Positions 1 through 12,100 of a stretch of 64,000 nucleotides of DNA are shown in pieces (positions within the stretch are counted from its first letter, which is position 1; each line of letters starts with the position of its first letter). The notes beneath the pieces are model-generated. The model did no database searches. It saw only the letters and a list, made by a program, of their open reading frames with translations, and was not told where the DNA came from. Source of the stretch: Callorhinchus milii (taxonomy: Eukaryota). The position numbers and the translations under genes were made by a program. Location of the stretch: positions 97,156,001 to 97,220,000 of the forward strand of contig NW_024704742.1 of assembly GCF_018977255.1 (NCBI RefSeq), in the 5' to 3' direction.

Positions 1-127
1 TCTCATTTTCCTTTGTAACTTTAAATATTTTCTCGTCTTTCGTAAACACAACAACTCGCTGAGTACCCTCGAAAATTGATGTCAAATAAATGTTCCCATT
101 ACTGCTGTCAAACACTGAGAATTTATC
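1..127 (-). CDS. VPS13A: VPS13A exon 44/44 (truncated by window edge)
   Basis: cttag|DKFSVFDSSNGNIYLTSIFEGTQRVVVFTKDEKIFKVTKENE.. Confidence 0.87.
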
Positions 128-3100
128 CTAAGAGAAAAAATACATTTGAGTATTGAATATTTTTGTCACTTCCAAAGGTACTTTTTTATTGCAGAATGTC
201 AAAAATTTGATTTCAGACATATCGAATTCTCGCAAATGGACCTTATCATATCAAACATTTTCAAAACACTTTACAAGTATTTTCCTTTCAAGTTTAGTAG
301 CTGTTTTGTAGGCAAATGGGTAATCATTCACACCACCAAGACCCAGAAAGAATAATTAGATAATAATAATCCTTGCATTTAATGTTGAAATGTCTCAAGA
401 ATTCAATGGGTAGGAAAACATACTGATCTGTCGACAGGAAAATGGTGGCAAAGCTCTCACAAATTTTATGCTGAGCTGTGCTGCTAGGCAGGAAGTTTGC
501 AAATAGCTCCCAATACTGCTTTCCATCAAGTGAGGACTCAAATCAGCATTTATTAGATATCAAATACTATTATTATTAGATAGTTACTATCCTAAGTGGG
601 GATGAGTTTGGGGGGGAAGACAAACAGGGTGTTCTTGAGGCTGACAATGTCGGCAATGGAATGTCGTGATCAAGTCATTTCTCTGTGGCGGTTGCGGAAG
701 TCCATTTCCTGAGACAGTTGGATCTGCAGTTCTTAAAACTCTGCTGATTCCAGCCTGGCCTGTGAGCAGGACCTGGAGGGACATCTCATTGGGGGCAGTA
801 ATTTCCCACACTTGGCTGCTTTTAACCCTGCTCACCAAAGAGGTTTGGTAGTCCTAGCTGGAGAAGCAGCAGGAAACTTGCAAACAGTACTCTTAATGGC
901 AAACTATGCTATTTCAGTTGGTTAATCTCCAGCAGTACCTCAATGCCCATTCTGCATTGGGATACCCAAGCCCTGGTTCATGCCAACCTCTACCTCCTAA
1001 TAATCTCTGGCATTAGGTAAGAGGTTGTGTCCCTCGAGGAGTAAGTGTACAATCCATTCCAGACCCAGATAAATATTCAAATGTAAGTAGCATACATATG
1101 CAGTAAAACTTGCATAAGTCATGTCAGTCAGGACCATGATATCCAATACAACTTTCGTGGAGTCTGAGTTACAGACAAACTTGTACAAGTTAGATTTTAT
1201 ATGACTAACACATAACAATAAACAAGTACCTCTTTTTCCGCACTTGTTTCAACCAAGTACGCTTTACTGTACTGCACATGCGGTAAGTGCACCTGTGGCT
1301 GTGGGTCAAGCCTCTGTTTCCCTTGTTTGCTTCAAACGGAACACTGCTTGTGCAGTATTTCAATGCAGCCGGTAAGTGTAGTATCGGCGTCATGCGTTAG
1401 GAGATGATTGGCGTTACGAGTTAGGAGATGTATTTGAGACTAAGAAGCTATTAACGATTTAACCGTTTATCCAATTTATAATAAAATATGACTAGTGCAA
1501 AGAAATTTAAGTGTCTTTTGGTAGCAAACTGAATGGAACTTGGATGCATGTTAAGCAATTATACGATTTATAAAGAGAAGACTTATGCGATTTTTACTGC
1601 ATGTGAAACTCTCAGTCAGGTTTGGATAGTTTTAAACAGGGTGATTGTTTTCTGCACCACATTAACCAAAAGTCTCAAATCGCATATAATTACTGAGTAT
1701 TTGGAGGCAAAAGCACAAATTAATTTGAGCACAGCAGTGTCCCATAAACAGCCATGAATGTTGTACTTTAGTTTAATGCCTCTTTTGAAAAATGGGACCT
1801 GAGTAAATTGTACATTTGAAAATGTTACTCCAAGTGATTTCTGGATACGTACCTCTACGGCACTCAGCTGTTCTGTAGAATTTCCAAATTTGCAGATCAG
1901 TGTTCTGCATCCTGTTAGATCTTCCCAAGTGTAATACATTGCTTTACCTGGTGGCAGTTCAGTTGCTTTCTCTGTTGAACAACTAAAAGAAAATTGTGAT
2001 TCTTGTAATTAAAAAAATCCTCATATTCAGCTTCAGGATTCTCTTTACAACAAACTTACATTTGTATAAATGAACATCTCCAAGCACATTACAGATGAAA
2101 AAGAGTAGAGCAAGGAAATGCGATATCTAAGGGTGTTGACCAAAATTATAGTCGAATAGAAGTTTTTTAAATGTTTTTTTTAAGTAGGAAGGAAGGCAAT
2201 GCGATCTTGGAAGGGACATTGTGACTAAAGGCTGAACCATCAAAAGTGGGATGGAAGAAGAGTGAGCAATAAAATAGAATTAGAAGAGTGATGGTACAGA
2301 AAGGAAAATAAGAATGGAAAGGATTGCATTGATAGGAAGGAGGGAAACTACATAGAATTGCATGGCAGGAAAACACGTCATTTGGCACAAGTCCGTGACA
2401 GTATTTAGATTGGATTTAGAAGACCAGAATTTTAAAGCGACTCTGCAGGAGTAGTGGAAACTTAGTGAACATGGGAGCCATGAGTGTACAGAATCTAATG
2501 AGGGAGAGAATACACATTGCAGACTATTGGATGAGTTGAAGCTTTATTGTAGGTAGGAATGTTTAAATTCAGTATAAATCTGGAAGCAGATTGTCCCCAG
2601 TCCTGTGTTTCTTCCACAAACCAGAGCAAAAAATAACTGAAAGCATGGTCAAAGAGATAGGTCTTAAATTCTTCATATTTAAGATTGGAATGACATGATT
2701 GCCATTCAACAGAAGACTTTACAGGAATTATGCATTGATGGTTACTCCTTATTTTTCTTTACCCAATATGAATAAAGAGTATATGAAAGTGCCATAATAG
2801 TTTCCAAAATGTAATTTAAAAGGATTGCTTGATTCTAGTTATTAATGAAGTAACATTTTGCCTTCACATCAAGTGGCAGAGAAAGATAGATAGAACAGTT
2901 AGTAATCTCCATGCTTTCGTGGTTTAGTTGTGGACCAATATTTCAAACAAAATAACGAGGAAGATCCCAGGAGGTAGAATTTTCTAAGTTGAAGCTTTAC
3001 TGATGTTACCTTTTTTAATAAAATAAAGCTACAGCATAACTTTTACACAACACTATTCATTCTTCAGGTTATCTTATTCCTGCTGAATATTATCAATACA

Positions 3101-6100
3101 CAAAAGGCAAAATACTCCAGATGCTGGAAATGTGAAATAAATATAGAAGTCACTGGTTCTGACGAAAGGTCATCAACCTGAAACGTTAACTCACTTTCCT
3201 CTCTCCAGAGGTGCTGCCTGATCTGCTGATTGTTCCCAGCAACTTCTGTTTTTATCTTCAATATATATGTGACATAGTATCTGGCCAATGATGGTTTAAT
3301 AAAAGGTCTGTAAAGTCTGAAGTTATTAAGAGATGGAATTGCCTCGATTTATAAATGTCACAGCTTCAAAAATGTTTAGGCTAGCAAGCAACCTATCAAG
3401 ATTTTGCACAGAATATAGGGTCTGTTCCCCTACAAGATACAGTCATTCCAGTTTGCAGTAGAAACCCATGGTCACCCCCTTCTCCCTTACTCAGGATCCA
3501 ACCCCGCCACATCAATTTGTAAATTTGAATTGCAATTATGAGGTGCAACTGTATTACTGTAATTTCATGAACACACAGATTCTACCACAGGAATCAAATT
3601 TGTTTCAGGCATTGAATGGGGATAAAAAAAAACATCTGTAGCATTATTTATTAAAATGATATATTCCATGTACCTCTGATGATATTCAATGGTTTCTGTA
3701 CTTGTGTGGTTAATAATGAGGAATGTAGCAGCTCCTTCATGGTAATCTGAGAAAGTGATCACTGTTGAATGTTCTGCCAAGTGTACATCCACTATGATGC
3801 CTCCAAACTGTAATGCATTGGAGAAAACTGAGTCAATCAAGAATAGCCTTGCTGTAGTACATCCTAAATGCAGCTAGGTTTTAGAATCTACCTTCAATTA
3901 AAAATCTAGTTTCTGCTATTTGGAAAACATGAATTGTGAAGAAGAAATTGCGTACAAACAACAACAAGATTCCATTTATAGAGCGCCTTTCAGGTCAGGA
4001 GGACGTCCCAAACTAAGTAGAAACATAAATAGAAAACAGTGATTGCTGAAAATATGAAATACACCAATCATATGATCAGTAATATTACAATGCAATAGTA
4101 CTGATTAGCAATGCACCCTTTTTAAAAAAGGGTTGGGACCTTATGAACTCCAACATTATAATAGGACTCTGCTCCATTGGGTCTTTTGCAATTCTTGTTT
4201 AAATATGCACTGAGGTCTATATTTTACTGCACTTCTATTCCGTTCTTACTTTGTTGTCCAGACGTAGTAATGCATAATTTTCTTGTTTGTTGAAGTAAAC
4301 CTTTTTAGGTGATGCACTGCATCCTTCAACTCGGACTAGGAATCTCTTGCAGTCCTTGTCGGGCCAAAATGGAACACACTAATTGAAACAAATGATATTG
4401 TATTATAAGACAGGTCAACACAAATCTAAAACCAGAATAATATTGAGCTTTTCCTTTACCAGATTTTCTCAATAGACAATCTAACAGTATGTAGAGATGG
4501 ATTTAGTTCTTCCTCATTTACTTAACCATTACATTAAGCAATAGTAACCACATTTGTATTATTTCACAAGTAACACAATAGGAAAATCTAACTGGATACC
4601 AACTTCAACATGTATGCACACACACATATTGATCAGTATACCTAAACATACATATTCAAATGCAGGGCAACATAATAAAATGACCTAAACTACATGCTAG
4701 TCCTTTGCTTCGCATTACTCTTATTGGTTAAAATTTTAACACCTGTTATATTTTAAGATGGAAATATCTGTCTTTTGGATAAAACATTAAATTAAGATTC
4801 TGCCTGGCTGTTCAGCTGTATGTTAAATATCCCATGATTCTATTCAAAAAGAGAAAGGAGTGTCTCCCAGTGTCATGGACACGAATCTCCCAGTTAAAAT
4901 GGATAATGAACGTTATCGCTGCTCGTGGGACATTGGCAGCCACATTCGGCTGCAAGTACACAATCAGTGCACTTCACAGAAAATTCTGTGAAGTGAATTA
5001 TCCATACAGAAGCATGTCATCTTAAAGAGACCATTCACAACATTAAACAGTAAATTCAATGCTAAATTACCTGATTTGAATCAATCCAAAACCAGTTTTC
5101 TTCTGTCTCTTCAGTTACTTCTATTCTGTATTTAGTATGATTGATCAACAAATAAAATGGTGTAAAGGTAGCGATTCTGGTTAGGTTGAAGCTGGTAGTA
5201 TCTATTTTTACGCCAACCTATTCAAGAAAATCCATATGATGGAAGTTTATTTTGTAAAAACGTAATGCAAAAAACTACATATACAACATTTCATTTCTTT
5301 CACTTCCTGTGCATTGCACTCATGAAACACTTCCTTCACAAAGTCTCATGGAACATGTGATTATAGCCAGGAATATTTAGCTTTGATCTGATACATGCAG
5401 AAACCTATCAACATGCTCAATAGTATCCAAACTAGGAAAATGAATGCTGCCATTAGCTTGTTTTTGGGGCAGACCCCAGCTACACAGATTGATGCAGTGA
5501 ATGGTTTGTCAGTTTGGTTATATTTCTCATAGACCTCCCCTCACTCTGAATCTAAAGAATTTCTAAAGGATAGAGGGATTAAGGGATATGGAGATAGGGC
5601 GGGTAAATGATAGAAATCACAGAATCATACAGCACAAAAAGAGGCCATTCGGCCCATCGAGTTTGTGCCGGCTCTTTGAAAAGAGCAATGTAGTCAATCC
5701 CACTCCCGAGCCCTTTCCCTATAACTCTGCATATCCGTCCTCCTCAAATACCCATCCAACGCGTTTTTAAAAGTAGTCATCGAATCGGCCTCGACCACCC
5801 TTTCAGGCAATGCATTCCAGATTCGAACAACTCGCTGCGTGAAAACATTTCTTCTCACCTCCCCTCTGCTTCCTTTAGATACTATTTTAAATCTGTGACC
5901 TCAAGTCACTGACACAACCACCAGTGGAAACAGTTTTTCCCTTTCTAAACGATCAAATGCCCTCATGATTTTGAAGACCTCTATTAGGTCTCCTCGTAAC
6001 CTTCTCTGCTCCAATGAGGATAATCCTAGTTTCTCAAACCTTTCCTCATAATCAAGGTCCCTCATTCCCGGTACCATCCTCGTAAATCTCCTCTGCACCC

Positions 6101-9100
6101 TTTCCAATGCCTTAACATCCTTCCTATAGTGTGGTGCCCAGAACTGGGTGCAATATTCTAACTGAGGTCTAACCAGTGTTTGATATAGGTTAATCATAAG
6201 GTTAGAAGATCAGCCATGATCCTATTAAATGGCGGGGCAGGCTCGAAGGGCTGAATAGCCTACTCTTGCTCCTACGTCTTATGGTGAATTTCAGGAGTAT
6301 AATCACTAATCAAGCGATACATTCTTACAATGTATTTACATTACAAGAACATTACAACATACTTTTGTATAGCATCTTTCAAGTTGGGTGGACATTTCGA
6401 TGTGCTTCACAGTGCTGAATGAGCACGCAAGCTGGGGGTGGGAGCTGAGGAGGATTGAGAGAGGAAAGATGACCAACCAAGGAAGTAGATTTTGAGACGT
6501 GCCCTGAAAGAGGGGACGGAGGAAGGCAAAGAGATTTCAGGATTGAATTCCAGGGAGTGGGGACAGAATGGCTGAAAGGCTTCCTGCCTACAATGCATTT
6601 GTAGAAGTGCCGGGAGAATGAGGAAGCACTGATACATCAATTTTGTGTAGATTGTACATGATTCCCAGAAGGTCGAAAGTGCATGAGTATTAAAGCAATC
6701 GGTGGGTAAAATGTCATGCCTGATCGAATTGTTGGAAAAAAAGTAACCAAAACAGAAAAATACAAAGAAGACATAATTCTAAATCAGAGTTAATATGCAG
6801 TTTATTCAGCCTTCTATTTTTCAGAATACACATTTAATATTTTGTAATTTTCTTACCTGATACTCCTTTTTCATTCCTTTGCATTTAACACAGCCATAGC
6901 TAGCCACAGTGTCCAGAGAGAATTCATCAGATAAGTTGCTGTCAGTTATCCTAAGCTGAACCTGCCATAGAATATAACAATTTCAACATTCAATGAAATT
7001 ACATATTTGTGTTCAATCAATATTTTGTAATGTGATTTTAACTATGCTCCTTACCATAGATGAAACTGCTTTTGGAACATTTAAGAATGATTACATAACA
7101 GGAACAAAATGTATTATGATGTTGTTATTCTATATACATATATATATGTAAATTGCATTGTATTGTAATCTGACATTTGACAACTTTTAAAACTTATCCT
7201 CTGAATATTAATTGCACAGAATAATAAAATCATTTTAAATGTTATCCAACGCAAACAAGAGGAAACCTAAATATAGGTATACAGATGTGATGCAATATTC
7301 TCATGACACAAGATTTCTTTGGAAAACCAATGAAGTTTGCAGGGAGCAAAAGAGTGTGTTCTTGAATGGGAAAAGGATAGTCAAGGAAGTGACAATTCTC
7401 TCTCCACCTACCCCTCCCCAAAAGAAGTGGGTGATGTTGGGTTGGCCAGTACTTTTTGCCCATCAACAACAACAACAACAAGATTCCATTTATAGAGCGC
7501 CTTTCACGTCGGGAGGACGTCCCAAGGCGCTGCACAGTTGGGTCAGGACCCGAGCAAGGGGGAAATGGTCAGGGTGAGGGGAGGGAAGGGAGGGGGTAGA
7601 GAGTCGAGAGGGGGGCCTCTCTTTAAACCCTTGTCCTTGCAACAATTTTACAAAATATTGATAAATATAAGGCATTTCATTTTGGAACTGTAAGCAGTAA
7701 ACACGTTCTATAATCAATTAGCTGAGGTGGAGAAGTAAAAGGAATTGGATGTGGTTCTGTCAGTCACTAAATATTTCCAATCAATATGAAGCTGCTATAG
7801 ATAATCAAGCTCTAGGTTGCATCTTGTTACTTAAATGTTTCAAGTTTTAATAGTATTATAGATACATTTGAATATTTAAAAGAAAATTTAGTAATGTCTA
7901 TTTCATAATGTTCCAATAATATTTTACAAAGGAGAGTACCTAACAAACAAAACAAAAAACAAAAACAATCAACCCCTAAGACTGGAAACTAAAAGAACTG
8001 TAATTCAAGATTAAAACAAACAAAAAAATCCTACCTTGTTCTTATGGAAAAAGTTTTTGGGTCTGAATGAAAAAAGAAGTGGCTTGTTGTAGTCCAAAGG
8101 ATGTTTATGATGAATATCATCAGCTTTATATTGAAGCATCCGTCCAGTTTTATTCAGCATCCAATAGGGGCTGTACAATGCTAGCATGACATGTCCAACA
8201 TTGTAGGTCAAATGGATTGCAATATCCATATCAAATCTGTCATTATCAATAACTGCAGTGAACTTAACAAATTCAATGTCTTTTTGATTGCTTTTGATGT
8301 AGTACTCTCCTTCCCAGCTATGTTCAAAATAATTCAGAATGTGTAGTTCTAACTTGGATTTGTCCAGTTCAGCATTATGAAGCTGGGCAGAATGTCCCTC
8401 TTCCAGTGTCACTGTTTGTTTTGTATGTTCCTTTAACAAAAGAAAATTGCAAGCATTTTAATATCTCTTTGTATATGAAAGCAAAGGAAAGTGCTTTAAA
8501 ATGTTTTCAATAATCTGCTTTGGTTTTTTAGTTTTATTAAATAAAACTGTTCTCACAGGTGAAGAAACACTTTACCGATAGAAGCTTTACTTTATCAACC
8601 AAAAGCTCAAATCTTCCAAAACACATGTTTTTTTTGTCAGTCGAGAATCTATGACACATGTGGAAACCCATTATCATCCAAATCTGTAATCGATGGGTTG
8701 ACTTAATTCTAACATTGCATTGCTAAGCACATAACCTTGAAGCCAGCTCAGCTCTGAGGAGACTCCACTTACCTCCCTTGCATCCCCCACCCAAATCTGA
8801 TTATTCAATGTCGATATTCCTATCATTGTGAAGCAGAATCACCAAGCATTGGATTATTCACCCACTAATAGAGATTGTGAGATGGGTCTAGACTCTAGAC
8901 CATGGTGAGACAAGTTAGTTTACCTGACTGATGATGTGTTATTGCACAATTGTTGGCCAACTTTAGTAAGGAAGTCAATTGGATATTAACTATAATAATC
9001 CTTTCATTTGATATAGCGCTTTTCACGTCTTCTAGACCTCTCAACGCGCTTCACAGAATATACTATAAAGTGAATTGGTCGTATATCTGTGGGCGAAACA

Positions 9101-12100
9101 CGGCAACCAATTGCGCTCAGTAGTGTCCCACATACAGTCGTGCATTGAGTGACCTAATTATTATTATTTTGTTTCTTTTTTTTTGAGGGATTATTATCAG
9201 GCTTGTGGAATAAGGAAGCTTGCCCATGGTTTCACCATGCCGGGAATTGAACCCAGGTCTCTCGCTTGCGAGGCAAGTGCTCTAATCACTGAACTACAGG
9301 ACTCCACCTTCAGGATCTGGATGTTAGATCCCTGTGTTAAATTTTTTTTTTTTTAAAAATTCCTTCTACTTTCTCCCAATTTAATTTATACTGTATGAAA
9401 GAGGAGAAATCACAAGACTCATGTTAACAAAACCTCTTAAAGACCCTTTATTTTTTATTTAATGATACTATAATTCTAGTGTGTGGAAGAATGAAAAAGA
9501 ATTAACACACCGGTAAACTTACCTCCCACTTTACAGAAACATTGACTGAATAAGGCAAAAGGTTTTGAAGAATTGCAGGTGGCCAAAGATGGAGAACATA
9601 TGCATCACATTCTTCATCAGAAATTGCATCTGAAAAATCAGATGTAAGTTGATCACGCATGGCAACTAAGTTGATTATTAGTGAGAGCTGCTCACTGGAT
9701 CCAGATAGTTGACATTCTCGAGAAAACATTGCATTTGTATTTCTCTTTATGTGATCAAAAGTGATCATCTCACAGGGATCATACACCTCTTCGCTTTTTG
9801 TTATTAGCTGGAAACAAAGATCTGATCTGAAAACAGAAATGTTAACAAACCAAGTAGATATTACAATTTAATATTTGGAATTATGTTCCATTAAGATAAA
9901 ACTTAATTTTCGTCTAGCATTCATTATGTTATGTTCTTATGTTATATAAAATTAACATAAATCATGTAATTTAAAAAGGGTGACAAAAATCAAAACCAAA
10001 GCTACAATTCAGAGTGAAACTTCAATAATGGGCAAGATTGCAACTGCACTTTGGCAAGTTTTTCCAGTTTGTGAAGTGAAACAAAATCACAACTTTACCA
10101 ATATATCAAGTGCAACAACAATACTATCCCAGCTATCTCAATGTGTTGAGCATAAGAATCAATCCAACCTATAAAAACTACAAAACTGAATTTTATTTTG
10201 CATAAATGTATTCGGATAATACATTGAATTTTTGCACTTTAAAAATAAATATTGCTATTAGGTTTAAGCAAAAAAATGATCAGTTGCGCATTGATAGTGA
10301 ATAAGCAAGTTAAACAAAACTACGTATAAAATAATAATAATAATCCTTGCACTTAATATAGCGCTTTTTACGTCTTCTCGACGTCTCAAAGCGCTTCACA
10401 GAACAGACTGTAAAGTGAATTGACCGTATATTTGTGGGCGAAACGCGGCAGCCAATTGCGCACAGCAGTGTCCCACAAACAGTCATGGATTGAAAATTAC
10501 CAATTTATTATTGTTTTTGGAGGGATTATTATTAGGCGTGTGGAGTAAGGAAACTTGCCCAAGGTTTCGCCCTGCCTGGAATTGAATCCAGGTGTCTCGC
10601 TTGCAAGGCGAGTGCTCTAACCACTGAGCTACAGGTCTCCGTACAGGTCTCTGTATAATCAAAATTTAAAGTGGAGAAACAGTAATCTATATAAAACGTG
10701 CCATGTTTATTACGCCCATTATAGTTCATGAACATGAAATCATGCAATGATTTTTCTAAACTAGAAATTTTTGATTGCATTGTAATAAAGGTGAACTTGA
10801 TGATTTCAAACTGAAATGGATTCCCGAAAAATCTCTTCTCTTAAGATACTTTATCTATTGTAACAAAAGATCAATTTATAAATCATATAATTGTTTTTCT
10901 TTCTTAAGCATAATGCAAATTATCCTGCAACTAATTTTGTGTAAAGTTTCTACATTTGTAAAAAAAAATCTTGAAGAATTAAAGAGATACCATACCTGTA
11001 AGAAGGTAAAGGAAGATTGAACTCTTGCTTTGGCTGAACTGTACCAAGTAGATTCAGGTTAGACTTTGTATTTTCAAATACATTGAAAGGTACTGTAAAG
11101 TGATTCTTTACCTGTAAATTTTGAAAAGGGAAAATAGAAACAATTTAGTTATGGAAAATCATCTAAATGAATATTATTCCAAATGTAACAAGCTGTGGTT
11201 TTATTTTTTCTCTCCTCTTTTTGTTACTGAAACATAACTGGCAGATACAGTGATTTCACCATTTGAAAAACTTTTTCAAAGAGGTGCTTAATTGTATAAC
11301 TATGTTTGTAAAGGCAATGTACTTACTGCAAAGGCCTTGAAACATTACAAAATAATGCAATTTTTTATTATACGTTTTTTTTGGTCAGCCAGTTATTTGA
11401 CATATGTGGAAATTCATGCTTCCAACATATGCTTCAGAGTATCCAAACCAGTTTCCTCTGTACTCTCTTCCCGGAGGACACACCCTGCTTACGTAATTCT
11501 GAAGAGTATTCATCCTTATCCTCACCTTCAAGGCCCTCCAAGGCCTTGTCCCCTCCTATCTCTCCAACCTACTAACCCCGTTATCAACCTATCCACTCCA
11601 TCTGCTCAGCAGACTCCATGTACCCCGTTCGCCACACCATTGGCGGTCATGCCTGCAGCCTCTCTGATCCACCCACTGGAACTCCATTCCACATTCCCTT
11701 TGCCTTGCTCCCTCCCTTTCCGACCTACTATCCCCCTACTTACACCTCTCCGACCTACTATCCCCCTACTTACCTGCCCATACCCTCCGTTCCTCTGGCT
11801 CCGGTCTGCTCTACATCCCCCGCCCCAACCGCCCTACCATCGGTGGCCGGGCCTTCAGCCTCTCAGCCCCTAGGCTCTGGAACTCTATCCCCCAGTGCCT
11901 TCGCCTTGCTTCCTCCCTTTCCTCCTTCAAGGCCGGTCTCAAGACCTTTCTCTTCGACTGTGCCTTCAGCTCCCCTCTTGACTCTCTACTCCCTCCTCAC
12001 TCACTCCCTCCCTTCCCTCCCCTCACCCTGACGATTTCCCCCCTGCTCGGGTCCCGACCTAACTGTCCAGCACTTTCTGACGTCCTCTCGACGTGAAAGG

